Shown: in pieces, positions 22,553 to 34,203 of the stretch | How positions within the stretch are numbered: position 1 is the first letter of the stretch | How the letters are laid out: every line of letters starts with the position of its first letter | Source of the DNA: an uncultured Nitrososphaeraceae archaeon | GTDB taxonomy: Archaea; Thermoproteota; Nitrososphaeria; Nitrososphaerales; Nitrososphaeraceae | Direction: 5' to 3' | Assembly: GCA_963825865.1 (NCBI GenBank) | Contig: CAWGVG010000060.1 | Coordinates: 96,001-160,000, forward strand | Length of the DNA stretch: 64,000 nucleotides | Made by a program: the position numbers and the translations under genes | The notes under the pieces: model-generated | What the model saw: the letters and a program-made list of their open reading frames with translations, nothing else | The model's database searches: none | Told to the model about the DNA's origin: nothing

Positions 22553-23923
22553 TAACCAAAACCAAATCGCCTAAGCATTCCTTGCATTTGTCTGCCCTTT
22601 GCCTGTTTCATCATGGTCTTGGAATTATTATACTGTTTTATCATCTCTTTAACATCATGTTCCAACATTCCCGAGCCCCTAGCTATTCGCTTTCTTCTAG
22701 AGTCATTAATGAGATCTGGATTTTTCTTCTCTTCCTTTGTCATCGATTGAATAATAAATCTCCATTTTTCCATTTTTCCTTGCAGTGCATCAAGCTCGTC
22801 CTCTTTAACCATTCCAGATAAACCTGGCAAATTATCAATTACGTTTCTAAATCCCATTTTTCCCACTTGCTCCATCTGTGCATAAAAGTCCTCAATTGTT
22901 ATCTTACCGCTTAGAAGCCGCTTTGTTTGATTTTCATCAGCTTGCGATTCAAGACCTTTCGCCATTTCGAGAAGAGCTTTAATATCACCCATTCCCAGCA
23001 TTCTACCTACAAATCGTGTTGGCGAAAATTGTTCAAGGTCATCTACACGCTCTCCTGTTCCAATGAACATTACCTTAGCATTCGTAGCGAGCTGACGCTG
23101 CAATCGCTCCACCCCCTCTCGCCGTTCCATCAAGTTTCGTTATTATGATACCGCCAACTGAAGTTGCTTCATGAAATGCTTTAGCCTGATTGTAAGCCTG
23201 TTGACCCATTGTTCCATCTATCACTAATAGCACGAGATCTGGAGCTGCCACCTTGTACATGCTATTCATTTCCTCCAAAAGACCAGTTTCTTCCTTATGT
23301 CTTCCAGCAGTATCAATAAGAATAATGTCAATGTTTCCTGGTCTAAAATATTCCAGACCCTTTTTTACAATATCTACAGCATTTTTTTTCCCTTCTTCGT
23401 CCCCGTATACTTCAACGTTTATTTTGCTGCAATTCATTTTTAATTGTGTAAGTGCTCCGGGCCGCCATGTATCACATCCAATGGCTCCAACACGATATCC
23501 ATGTCTCGTCAGCCAACGAGCAAGTTTGGCCGTGACCGTTGTCTTTCCGCTGCCCTGAATTCCCAGCATCAGAATGACATTTTGTTTATCGGGTTTGAAA
23601 GAAATAACTTGTTCTTCTGAGTCTTGGTGCTTTTCAACACTTTTAATTATTTCTCCTCTGTACCCGAGCAGTGTTGAAAGTTCGGCATAGAGAATAGTAA
23701 TAATGTGGTCTTTTCTAGACAGACCTTTAGGAGGTTTCTCATTTATTGCTCGGCTCTTTAGATTCTGAGTAATTGAGAAAACCAATTTGACATTAATATC
23801 AGATTGAAGTAAAGTCCTTTGTACGTCCTTGCATAGTGAATCGATAAGCTCTTCGTTAACATCTGATGCTCCAACTATCTTTTTAAGGGTACTTCTAAGA
23901 CCACTACGTAAATTGTCTAGCAT
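22552..23923 (-). CDS. srp54: Signal recognition particle protein SRP54, frameshift near 23085
   Basis: GIQGSGKTT, DTAGRH, TKLDGTARGGGA, GTGERVDDLE, RMLGMGDI, IIQSMTKEE, RIARGSG. Confidence 0.97.
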
Positions 23924-23928
23924 GACAG

Positions 23929-24617
23929 TCACTTTAATACTAATTCAGCTTCCAATATTTCAAATATTCCCCTCTGTCCGTCCCACAGGGTATTTGCTTT
24001 CTTTATACTGCAGCTTTTTTCTGAAAATTGGACAATCTACTACCAACGTTTCTGCCTCACCACCCTCAAAAGTTAAGTTGAAACCAAATTTTTTGCTGAA
24101 ATATTCCAGTTGACCCATTAGAACTCTATCAAGCGATCTTCCTAGCCAATGTCTGTCTAGACCCATTGCAGACACACCTACAATTTTAATATTAAAGTTA
24201 TTATCAAGAAGTCTGTACATATATTGAGATGGTTGGACATTCCATAACGGCGCTACTGATTCAAGATGTATTTTTTGAACAAATTCTTTCAAAAATGTCT
24301 TTTTGAAATTTGCTAGATATACCACCGTGTACTATACCTTCGATATTGTAGTTTGATTTGGCCCATATAATTGCCTTTTCCAACGCATCAAATTCTGCTT
24401 CTTTTGACGACCCATTTACAGTAAATTCTATTGCCGGAATTTGCATGGCATCTGCAAGATATTTTGTCAGGCAAAGATTTGGGATATGAAATAATAGGCT
24501 ATCGTCTGGACACGGATGCATAGTGATCAAGCATAGGACATCGTGACCCATCTGTTTGACTTTAAAAATAGAGTAGGTACTATCTTTTCCACCAGAGTAA
24601 AGCGATGCTAACCTCAT
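23929..24617 (-). CDS. dph6: Diphthine--ammonia ligase (PP-loop ATPase), multiple frameshifts
   Basis: LYSGGKDS, GGISSKFQK, APLW, FEGGEAETLVVDCPIF, LWDGQRGIFEI. Confidence 0.9.
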
Positions 24618-24860
24618 TACCTTTGTCAAGAAATTTCCCTTCCTATTAAAGTACTTAGGAAAAGGCCGATCGTCAAATCTCTAACTCTGCTTTTGCATGG
24701 TAGATGATTCCTAAAAGCAAAATTCAGAAATGGCAACCTGCGATCTGGATAAAATGGTAGCCTTTCTTAAGACCCGCCAACAGACAGTAGGACCATTGTG
24801 ATCAGGCAGATCCTTCTTTTCTTTGGACAGGTGTATATATAATATCAAATGTAATATTTT

Positions 24861-25062
24861 ATGACAACAGTTGTTTCTCGTTAAAAAACTTGGCAAAAAT
24901 GGTAGTTGGAATACAATCAGCCTAATTGATGAAAACGGTTCGTTTAGGGGCGAAGCGAGATTTGAGTCAAAAAAAGAAGCGCAAAAGTATCTTGAAGAGT
25001 ATAAGAGAAGGATGAAAAGTCCACAAGAGCTCAAAGTGTTTTGCGATAAATCAAGTGACTGA
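24861..25062 (+). CDS. Small hypothetical protein
   Basis: 63-aa ORF with protein-like composition; TATATAATA about 20 nt upstream. Confidence 0.6.
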
Positions 25063-25342
25063 TAAGAAAAGTCAAAATTGAATATAGAGTTTTAAGAATC
25101 CGAATGAGGCGTATGCTACGAAAGCTTTAGAGACTGACTATACCGTCGCACAAGAGGCATCATAAGATAAGAATAAAAAAAAGTCTAATTTTAGAAATAC
25201 GCTTTATAATAAGGATAAATTTAAAGTCTTCATCCCCCTCCTCTGCGTAGCCATATTACAATCGATTAAAGAATAGTTCCTTAGTATAAGGGATCATTAC
25301 AATTTTTCTTCTCTTGAGGATAACGGTGTAAAACCCAAGGTC

Positions 25343-25783
25343 TTATCGTCGATCAGTGCTCGAATTTAGTAGTCTTTTGATCTTATATGCAATTCCTAAA
25401 AGATCTTCATGAGACGCAACACGTCTGGTAGGCCATTTTCCGTTCGGACTATCGTCATTAAATCTAGGAATAATATGAACATGCACATGTGGAACAATTT
25501 GATTAGCAGCCCTGCCGTTATTCTGCCCTACGTTAAATCCATCTGCATTGACAGCGGTTACAACTGCTTTTGCTATAATCGTAACAAGGGAATATAATCC
25601 GCCAACTTCCTCAGGCGGCATTAAAAGTAAATTATCATAATGAAGTTTTGGTATAACAAGAGTATGTCCAAGATTTATTGGGTATTTATCCATCAGCACT
25701 AGAAAATCTCGATCTTCGTAAATTTCGGCTACTGGCGAGCGACCTGCAATTATACAGCAAAAGATACAAGAAGTCTTTGTCAT
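25343..25783 (-). CDS. HIT family hydrolase
   Basis: CIFC, GHTLVIPK.H, QIVPHVHVHIIPR histidine triad. Confidence 0.94.
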   Translation of the reverse strand: MTKTSCIFCCIIAGRSPVAEIYEDRDFLVLMDKYPINLGHTLVIPKLHYDNLLLMPPEEVGGLYSLVTIIAKAVVTAVNADGFNVGQNNGRAANQIVPHVHVHIIPRFNDDSPNGKWPTRRVASHEDLLGIAYKIKRLLNSSTDRR

Positions 25784-25991
25784 TGTGAGCAATTTACATT
25801 TATTCTCAACTTTTATATATCTACTTTTGACTATCTCTTCGGTAACTTATATCTAAAAGAAATTTGGTTGGATATTCGATGGGGGGAGCAAGGTTTTTGC
25901 TAATTGTACAATATATACGATTGCCATTCAGGTAGCAGTTATTTGATTAAGACCATCTTTTAAGAACCAGCGCACGGTCTAATTGCGATCG

Positions 25992-26664
25992 CTAGCCCTT
26001 TAAATTAATATTAATAATCTGATTCTCTATCACCCTTTTAGTTTCATTTCCATTACTATCTTTTATTGATTGCACAGTTCCATAGATTGGCTGTCCTCTG
26101 AAGTGTTCTCCTGTAGCAAGGTTATCTAAGAAAATCGAAATTATGTTGCCTTTAGAAATTATAATATTTGTTTTTACTCCTTTCCATGCATCAGCATCAT
26201 TTAATTTGACATCGACAGTCCCGGATATAGATATGCTGTTATCTCCAATCGCATGTATTTTTGTATTATTGTCAGTTGTGAAATTGACCAGTTCATGAGT
26301 ATGCCAACGCTTTCCATCAGGAAGAACATTGACAAATTTTGCTTGAAAGTTCTTTACAACCCCTTGATTGACGATTAAGTTCCAATCGCCAAACAGAATA
26401 AATTTTTTTCGTAGCACCTAGGGTAGAATTATTATTATCAGAAGATAAATAAATCAAGGAATTTATTGTCCCGCCTTCTGAGAAAGTATCGTGGATACTG
26501 GTTGGTATTGTCATGCTTCTAGGGGATTTAAGATTATTAGAGGTTTGGATGTTCGTTTTATTCATTTGTGCAAGTACTGAAAGGCTAGAATTATTGCCTA
26601 AGATTCCTAATATCAAGCCTAAGGTAGCCATTACTGCAACTATAAGAACAGATATTTCTTTCAT
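25992..26664 (-). CDS. Secreted/membrane-anchored hypothetical protein, frameshift near 26405; paralogue of 60395-61243
   Basis: Signal-like N-terminus; shared LxGDWNL, DG..WHTHELVNF and HFRGQPIYG motifs. Confidence 0.75.
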
Positions 26665-27000
26665 ATTGAATGATATACAAAAATCATAACACAAAAACTA
26701 TAGATATAGTTTTTTGTCATTTACATACGTCGGTGTTAGCCACGATACCTCATCAGATGTAGGTGGGACTAAAGTCGCATATGACATCGCTTGCTGGCAC
26801 TCGTTGGGAATGTTCACATACTCACGTCTAATAAATTTTCAACGATGATCGTTGAAATCTATTATTGTACTATCAAATTTAACATTACTAATGACTTCAC
26901 TATACACAGGCAGACTGCTAGATTGAGATATTGTCAGTAATAAATGAATTATTCTGTGTGACCAACATTTAAAAATAGGCTTATTTGATACTTGGAACGT

Positions 27001-27159
27001 ATGGCTGCCAGAAAAAACTCCTCACGAAAGAAAAGATTGTTAAAACGTACCACACAGAATAGACCTGTACCAGCCTGGGTAATAATTAGGACACACAGGG
27101 AAGTAAGAACAAATCCAAAGCGGAGATTATGGCGTAAGTCTGATGTGAACGTGGGATAG
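27001..27159 (+). CDS. rpl39e: 50S ribosomal protein L39e (absent from ORF track)
   Basis: [52 protein letters not shown]; upstream of rpl31e. Confidence 0.96.
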   Translation: MAARKNSSRKKRLLKRTTQNRPVPAWVIIRTHREVRTNPKRRLWRKSDVNVG

Positions 27160-27181
27160 AGATCTGGTGATGTCACAATAA

Positions 27182-27496
27182 ATGTCTGCTGATGAAGAAA
27201 ATATAAGCCGCATATACACTATTAATCTCGGGAAAGCATGGGATACGCCGCAGTACAGGAGGACAGATAGGGTAATCAACATCATCAAAGAATTTGCTGA
27301 AAAACACATGAAAAGTGACGAGGTTAAAGTAGACCAAGATTTGAACAGACAGATCTGGAAAAGAGGTAAGGCCAGTCCTCCAAGAAGAGTCCGAGTAAAA
27401 ATGATAAAAGATGATGACGGAGCAGTAACAGTCTCATTGTACGAAGAAGCAAAGACTGAAGCCAATTCGTCAGCGGAATCCCAAAGCAAGTCATAG
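27182..27496 (+). CDS. rpl31e: 50S ribosomal protein L31e
   Basis: RIYTINL, IKEFAEKHMK, VDQDLNRQIWKRG..PPRRVRV. Confidence 0.96.
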   Translation: MSADEENISRIYTINLGKAWDTPQYRRTDRVINIIKEFAEKHMKSDEVKVDQDLNRQIWKRGKASPPRRVRVKMIKDDDGAVTVSLYEEAKTEANSSAESQSKS

Positions 27497-27535
27497 TAGA
27501 GAAGATTTCGGTGGAGTATTATTTAATAGGAAAAA

Positions 27536-28060
27536 CTAAGACTGAAATCTTTTGCCTTTTTGAACATCTCTTAGTCTGTCCAACAAGTCGGTAATTTGTT
27601 CGTGAGTAGGATTAACAGCCTTGACAATATCCACATCAACATTGAGATTCTGTAGTTCTGTATAGGCGTCTTTATCTTCTATTGTATCGATTAACGCATT
27701 CAATCCGATTGGTTTTTGTCTTAACTCCACAACTTGTTTCAGCTTCTTTATAGAATATTCTAGAGTCTCTTGTACATAGGCAGACACAAATATTATTCTC
27801 TGATGTGGATTTATTGCAATAATCTCTTCTGCTACTCCTATACCACTAACCTCTGGCATTTTATGATCAAGAATAACAACATCAAATGGCATACGCTCAG
27901 TAGCATCTGTCCTAAATCTCATCTTTTGAAACTCTTCGTTATAGGTTTTTAAACAAACTTCACCATTATAAGTCATTGTAACATGATGATTTCTCTTTTC
28001 TAACGCTGTTTTGTATAACATTGCAATGTCATATTCATCTTCAGCTATCAGTATCTTCAT
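27536..28060 (-). CDS. Response regulator receiver-domain protein with short C-terminal extension
   Basis: MKILIAEDE, FDVVILDHKMPEVSG, IIFVSAY, KP. Confidence 0.9.
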   Translation of the reverse strand: MKILIAEDEYDIAMLYKTALEKRNHHVTMTYNGEVCLKTYNEEFQKMRFRTDATERMPFDVVILDHKMPEVSGIGVAEEIIAINPHQRIIFVSAYVQETLEYSIKKLKQVVELRQKPIGLNALIDTIEDKDAYTELQNLNVDVDIVKAVNPTHEQITDLLDRLRDVQKGKRFQS

Positions 28061-28760
28061 AGCCCTAATAATGTTAATGGTATTCAAGTGAGGTCCCCCT
28101 CTTCAAATTCCATTTTCTCTTTAATCATTAACGATTCAATATTCATCCATACAGGAGGCAATTGCCAACAATTAAACATTAGTTAATTAAATAACGTTTA
28201 GGTGCCATGAAATAGATTAACTAATTAAATAAAATATAGTCTAAGCCTAAGTTAGTACCGTTGTATTAACATCTAGCCAAAGTATGAATAAATATATCAA
28301 GGTAAATTGCTAATGTTCATTGATTCCTACTATGCAAATACAATAAGAACATTGACCGCCATATTAAACGCATTAAAAGGTTCTTCATTTTAGTTAAGAG
28401 TAGTTACAACAATCATCCAATCTAATGGTTTGATGTATACAAAATCAATGTCGAAAATAATATAATCTACATACGGAATAGAGCATATTCAACTGCATTA
28501 CACTATGCTAAACAGGCCATCATAACTACATATGTTTTGGGTCGGATTTCTGTAATTTAAAATCTTGAGTTTCAGCAGATAAAGAGCATTGTTAGTCATA
28601 AACAAACATGCAAGTATTCTAATTCTTTAATATATCCTACCATTCGGAAGCTTTTTCGAATACCTCTATCTTTCAATTATACAACGAAAATACAATTTTA
28701 TTTATTAGGATCAATAAATAAAGTGAAATTTAAAGGGATACAATAGATTATTCACGTATC

Positions 28761-29736
28761 TTATTCGAGATTAGGAATCATGATCTCTATATCTGGAGAT
28801 GAATCCATATCTTCCCAATCTAACACATTCTCTTTTGGAATAATCTCTGCAATTGGATCATATTTGTCAAATCTAGTTTTATCTGCAACTGCAGCCATGA
28901 GATGAACTCTTACATTATCTGAACTAGCTGATGACATTGAAACTTCAGTAAGGTCATGGTCTTTGAAAATGCCCTGCAAGTTGTCAACAATAGAATTGAG
29001 GCTACCAATTGGAATCTTTTCGCTACCCATTACATGCGAGCATCGCCCTCTTTATTGTCGTTGGATCTGCATTTTGATACAGCATTCCAATTGAGTCCTT
29101 TATAGACGATTCCGCGCTACCGGTATCAATTCTACTTGTGCATAACAGGTTCAGGTTTGTACAAATATAACGCTTAGAAAATGAAGCTATTATTTCACAG
29201 AGGGCTCGGTTAGTAATTTCGTAGCATTCTTCAGTCGAGAGTTCAGGATTATTATTCAAAAGAGCATCATTATCAATCACTATAGTCGCGTCAGATAATC
29301 CTTGTAGCCGTTTTAATGAAATACCAGCCTGGAATATTCTATCTTTTTCATATTTGAAAGGCATTATTGCAGCAGATATTAGTGTATTGGCAGATGATAG
29401 TCTTCCTTCTCGGCATACAACTGGTGCCATCGCAGTTCCAGCCCTGCCTGCAAGATTTGCGATGACAATTATAGTCTGAAAGCCCTCGACAGCTGACTTA
29501 ATTGTCTCAGCAGCAGATTTGGCAAAAGATCTTAGCTTATAGCTTGATGGATTAATCCATGAATTGGAATTAATGAAAACAGTGATGCAATTGCTATCTA
29601 GATCTTCTATATCATTACTTATCAAAACACATTTGCAACCAAGTAACTTGCTAGAAATAATTGCAAGTTTGCTTCCTGCCCCCCCAATACCAACTATCAC
29701 TATTGGCTGTTTGATTTCAAGACGATCGTCTTTCAT
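28761..29736 (-). CDS. ftsZ: Divergent thaumarchaeal FtsZ/tubulin-family protein, frameshift near 29035
   Basis: IVGIGGAGSK, NLAGRAGTAMAP (variant signature), MPFKYE, IVIDNDAL. Confidence 0.82.
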
Positions 29737-29802
29737 AATCTAATCCCCATCATGTGGGTTATCAAGATTTGGTTAAAAGTTTTGGTGATTAAATATAAAA
29801 AT

Positions 29803-31173
29803 CTAAGTTGTGCAAAAATATTGAGCTGTACTTCTTAGTAAAGAACTAGAAAAACCATCAATACGAACTATAATTTTGCATCCGATAGGAAAATTAGGAT
29901 ACAAAGAAGATGGAGACGAGACAATGACTGGTTTATATGCATAATTCCTTCCTTGTATTGTATTATTGTTTATCTCATCTATAATTATTTCTCCTGTCCA
30001 CTCATCCCATAACGAATTGCGCGTTGTACCAATTTCCTTTGATATCAAATGAAGTTTTTCAGTTCGCTCCTTGACTATATTAGATCCGGTTTGTTTAAGT
30101 TTGGCTGCTTGAGTTTTGGGCCTAGCGCTATATTTTGAGCAATTAATAATATCTGGCATTGTTTCTTTTAATAATGTCAGTGTCTTTTGGAAATCCCCTT
30201 CTGTTTCTGAAGGAAAGCCTACAATTATGTCAGTTGCAATTGTCATCTCAGGCATTTTGCTTCTAAATGCTTTGACTGCGTCGCAGTATATTTTTACGGT
30301 ATGACCTCTCTTCATTTTCCGCAAAATCCTATCGCTACCACTCTGAACAGGAATATGTAAAAACTTGAAGATCTTGTCGTTATTTGCATATACCGTTACT
30401 AATTCATCTATCAAGCTAGGTAGGTACATTGGATTCATCATGCCTACCCTAATTTTATAATCCCCTGATATCTTACAACATGATGTCAGTAATTCTACAA
30501 GATCAGACCCTATGTCTTTTCCGTAACAGCCATTATCAGTGGATGAAAGCCATATCTCTTTGCATCCCTCGTCGATATCATTTTGGATCTGTCTAACTAT
30601 ATCACCAATGCGATAACTTCTAATCCATCCCTTTGCAAGCTTGGTCTGACAAAACGTACACTTGCTCAAACATCCGCTTGCTATTTCTACGATGCTAATT
30701 ATCGGATTTAGTCTCATTTTTGGAAGATTGATTTTATCAGCCGTAGAATCCTCAAGAATTACCTTTTTCTGACCAGAGATGGCATAATTTACGACATCAA
30801 CCGTCTTATCAATAGAGTGAGGTCCAAGTAAGCTCGCAGAAGGAGAAACAGATTCTACTCTGTATCTATCTGCCTTGGGAAGGCAGCCCGCAACTACAAT
30901 GGGTTTTCCCAGTTTCGATAACTTGCCAATTCTATAAAGCATTTTATGTTCAGTCACGTCCTTTACGGAGCATGTGACGATAAGATTAAGGGACGATTCA
31001 TCTTCATCGGTTGCTATTTCATAACCATTATTTTTCAATAGTCCAGTAATCATTTCGGAATCTGCCTTGCTAGCAGAGCAGCCATATGCCTCAATCCACA
31101 CCTTCTTCTTTTCATTGCTAGTTGATAGTGCCTCTTGTGAGATGGATTCAGCAGTAGGAACTCTGTTTATCAT
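29803..31173 (-). CDS. mtaB: tRNA threonylcarbamoyladenosine methylthiotransferase (MtaB/e-MtaB radical SAM)
   Basis: YGCSASKADSE, TCSVK, VAGC, GCLSKCTFC, HIPVQSGSD, TDIIVGFPSET, C-terminal TRAM-like region. Confidence 0.92.
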   Translation of the reverse strand: MINRVPTAESISQEALSTSNEKKKVWIEAYGCSASKADSEMITGLLKNNGYEIATDEDESSLNLIVTCSVKDVTEHKMLYRIGKLSKLGKPIVVAGCLPKADRYRVESVSPSASLLGPHSIDKTVDVVNYAISGQKKVILEDSTADKINLPKMRLNPIISIVEIASGCLSKCTFCQTKLAKGWIRSYRIGDIVRQIQNDIDEGCKEIWLSSTDNGCYGKDIGSDLVELLTSCCKISGDYKIRVGMMNPMYLPSLIDELVTVYANNDKIFKFLHIPVQSGSDRILRKMKRGHTVKIYCDAVKAFRSKMPEMTIATDIIVGFPSETEGDFQKTLTLLKETMPDIINCSKYSARPKTQAAKLKQTGSNIVKERTEKLHLISKEIGTTRNSLWDEWTGEIIIDEINNNTIQGRNYAYKPVIVSSPSSLYPNFPIGCKIIVRIDGFSSSLLRSTAQYFCTT

Positions 31174-31193
31174 AATAACCAGAACGAGAATTC

Positions 31194-31463
31194 TTAGCGG
31201 TATTTTTTTTCTCTATTTTCAAAGGCTTTTCTTGGTGGCGGAGGAGAATCGTTCTCATGTCCAGGATGCGACCTTATATGATACCAATATCCTGAATTTA
31301 CAATGGCATTTTTGCAAATAGGACAGTTAGCATAACCACATTTATGGTATCCTATAAAGCTTGGATGAATTGTTAGGTTGCATTCATTGCATTTATTATT
31401 ATTATTCAAAATATGTTCATTATTAATTCCAGTAGGTACAATTAGGATGTATCGGTCAAACAA
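31194..31463 (-). CDS. Small Cys/His-rich putative zinc-finger protein
   Basis: CNEC..HKC and CPIC-x11-HIRSH. Confidence 0.55.
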   Translation of the reverse strand: MFDRYILIVPTGINNEHILNNNNKCNECNLTIHPSFIGYHKCGYANCPICKNAIVNSGYWYHIRSHPGHENDSPPPPRKAFENREKKYR

Positions 31464-32006
31464 TTGACCATAGGTGTATGAAAATTATTCATGGTAGCCT
31501 CGGTACTCGTATTGCTGTTTCTTCTTATGCAAACATACTAATTCAAGCGGACAAAAATTAACTGATGTCGACTAATCCACATCATGGAACGTTCTTATTA
31601 TTTCTTTATCTATCAATGACATTTTCTCCATCAGTTAACTTTTAAATTTCGTTTGTTCCTTATTTCGAGGCTCAATATATTGTTCCCTTCTTCAAAGATT
31701 CCATCCTTCGCCTAATTAGTCTCTTTTTCGACTTTTATTATTATTACTATATCTAGAAATAAATTAATAACTATTAAGTTTAGTATCATATCTAAAATTC
31801 CGAGTCAATTTCATTACTTTGCCTAATAAACAAACGCTTGCAGTTGCTCGATTATGGTTTATGGATTATATTATTTTTATTTAACACCTCTAAGGAGATT
31901 TTTAAGGTATATTTATACATGAATTTTCAGCTTTGTATGCAGAGGATGAATTAAAAAGAGAAGAGAATATTATTTATAGCAATCACAAATTGTTATAAGC
32001 TGTTGT

Positions 32007-32315
32007 TTGATGCCAGACTACTTTGAGATAGATCGATTGATAGAAGACCTTGCGAAAATATATTCGACAGCATGTGCAACTACATGGTTTAAGGTAGCGA
32101 AAAATAAGCATCCTACAAAGGAAGAATTTCGTCTCAAGGTAGTGGAGTTTATGACTCATTTTGAATATACTTTGGCAACTTATCCTCAGAGCCCAGAAGC
32201 AAATCATCTAAGGGACCACGCCAAGAAAATCCTACAAAAAGAAATCGACAATATTCAATCTGGAAATAATAAAGAAGTCGAACGACGCTATAAATATTAT
32301 GTCGATTATACATAA
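32007..32315 (+). CDS. Hypothetical protein
   Basis: 102-aa helical-looking ORF, TTTATA box upstream. Confidence 0.7.
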   Translation: MMPDYFEIDRLIEDLAKIYSTACATTWFKVAKNKHPTKEEFRLKVVEFMTHFEYTLATYPQSPEANHLRDHAKKILQKEIDNIQSGNNKEVERRYKYYVDYT

Positions 32316-33063
32316 ATCGACCCTAGCATTTTGATATCAATCTCGAATCCTGCTTGACTTCTCTAGATTTTGAAGTGTATTATTAACATTGCATTATAAT
32401 AGCCCATCTTGATGAAGTTGATCCAATAAGGGATTTAAGTCGATGGCTACCTCTTTTTTGCCGAGTATAACATTCGACTATATTACACTAACAACAGAAA
32501 GCATGTTCATATATATTCTTTAGCAGCATATATATTATAGCACTGGTTATACCAAAACTTCCGTGGTTTTGCTCCAACCATTGTTTCCATGTTTTGCTTT
32601 CTTTAACATTTCCTTCCAACGCTCCTATAGTAAATCAAGATTCATAGCTTTGTAGTTATCAAAAAGATTCAGTTTTAGTATTGGGATCATAAGGTCACCC
32701 CGTTTGACACTAACATGTGACTTGTTCAGTTTTTCAATAATATCATATTCCATTTTCCATTATGCTTTCTCGTTTTCTTCTAAACCCTAATAATATTAAA
32801 TTGAGTGGATATTTGTAAGTTATCGGTGTGAGTGGTCTTCGGTTGCCGAATTTTAGCGCTGAATAAAACATATCAATCTATAAGATTTCTGGTGAGCGAA
32901 ATGTGATAATAGGTATAATCTTGCGATATATTGATATGACTTGACAAAATCTAATAGATATTACATCTCTGTGAGATTGGGAGGTTTGAGTTTTATTCTG
33001 GCACTAGAATAACTCAAAACAAATAACAAAAAAGTTTTAAACTTCATTTCATGAATTGTGGAT

Positions 33064-34203
33064 ATGAAAATAACATTATCGGCAATTAAGGCAGACATTG
33101 GAGGCATTGGCGGACATACTCGTCCGAGTGATGAGCTTGTTGAAAGAGTCAAAATATTTGTTGCAAAGTCGGCAAAAGATTTTCTAATTGACTATTATAT
33201 CGGCTATACTGGAGATGACATTCATATTATTATGAGCCATATACAAGGTGCCGACAATCAAAAGATTCACAAACTTGCCTGGGATGCATTTACAGAAGGA
33301 ACCAAAATCGCAAAAGAACAGGGATTGTATGGTGCTGGACAAGACTTGCTCAAAGATGCGTTTTCGGGGAACGTCAGGGGATTGGGTCCTGGTGTAGCTG
33401 AAATAGAAATGGAGGAGCGTCCAAGCGAAGTCTTTTGCATATTTGCTGCAGACAAGACAGAGCCTGGAGCGTTTAATTTTCCCTTTTGGCGAATATTTGT
33501 CGATGCGCGAAGTAATACTGGATTGATTATTAACGAAAACCTTGCTTCCGGCGTAACATTTAGGATATTAGACGTATTGACTGGAAAAGTTGCAGATCTG
33601 AAACTCTGGAACGATAAGCCAGAACTAGAGGCAGCATTGATGTATCCCGGTAGGTTCGTAGTACATTCTGTTCTATCTTCTGAAGGGGAGCAAATTGTAT
33701 CTGCATCAACTGATAGGTTACATAACATTGCAGGAACGTACGTTGGCAAAGACGATCCGATAGCAATCGTGAGAACACAAAAAAATTTCCCTGCAACTGA
33801 AGAAGCAGGTAGCTCATTTAACGATCCACATTTTGTGGCAGGCAATACAAGAGGAAGTCACCATATGCCTCTTATGCCGGTTAAGTTGAATTCAGCTGCA
33901 AGCCTAAACTATTCTATACCCATTGTTTCTTGTTTACTTTTCAGTATGCATAATGGCAAATTGACAGGACCACATGATGGATTTGGTACTACAGACTGGG
34001 ATTTCCAAAGAATGCGAGCGGCTGAACGAGCTATGATACTGCGTAATCAGGGATTTATTCACCCCGCAACTCTCGTTCCTGACGAACTGGAATACAACAA
34101 GGGTTATGAAGCAAGAATGGCTAAACTAGAAGAAAAATTTAAAGACATACAAGAGAATGTCGCTAAAGGGCATAATGGAGCAAAAAGAGATGACAGGAGT
34201 TGA
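33064..34203 (+). CDS. fbp: Bifunctional fructose-1,6-bisphosphate aldolase/phosphatase (class V)
   Basis: KADIGGIGGH, GDDIHIIMSH, GLYGAGQDLLKDAFSGNVRGLGPG, ADKTEPGAFN, YVGKDDP. Confidence 0.96.
   Translation: MKITLSAIKADIGGIGGHTRPSDELVERVKIFVAKSAKDFLIDYYIGYTGDDIHIIMSHIQGADNQKIHKLAWDAFTEGTKIAKEQGLYGAGQDLLKDAFSGNVRGLGPGVAEIEMEERPSEVFCIFAADKTEPGAFNFPFWRIFVDARSNTGLIINENLASGVTFRILDVLTGKVADLKLWNDKPELEAALMYPGRFVVHSVLSSEGEQIVSASTDRLHNIAGTYVGKDDPIAIVRTQKNFPATEEAGSSFNDPHFVAGNTRGSHHMPLMPVKLNSAASLNYSIPIVSCLLFSMHNGKLTGPHDGFGTTDWDFQRMRAAERAMILRNQGFIHPATLVPDELEYNKGYEARMAKLEEKFKDIQENVAKGHNGAKRDDRS

Noticed and set aside
26949-27489. Minus-strand ORFs of 75 and 120 aa
   Set aside because: Antisense to rpl39e and rpl31e
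33267-33845. 192-aa antisense ORF and similar shadow ORFs inside purL, purQ, PINA, srp54, birA, gltA and cofG
   Set aside because: Fully nested opposite well-supported genes
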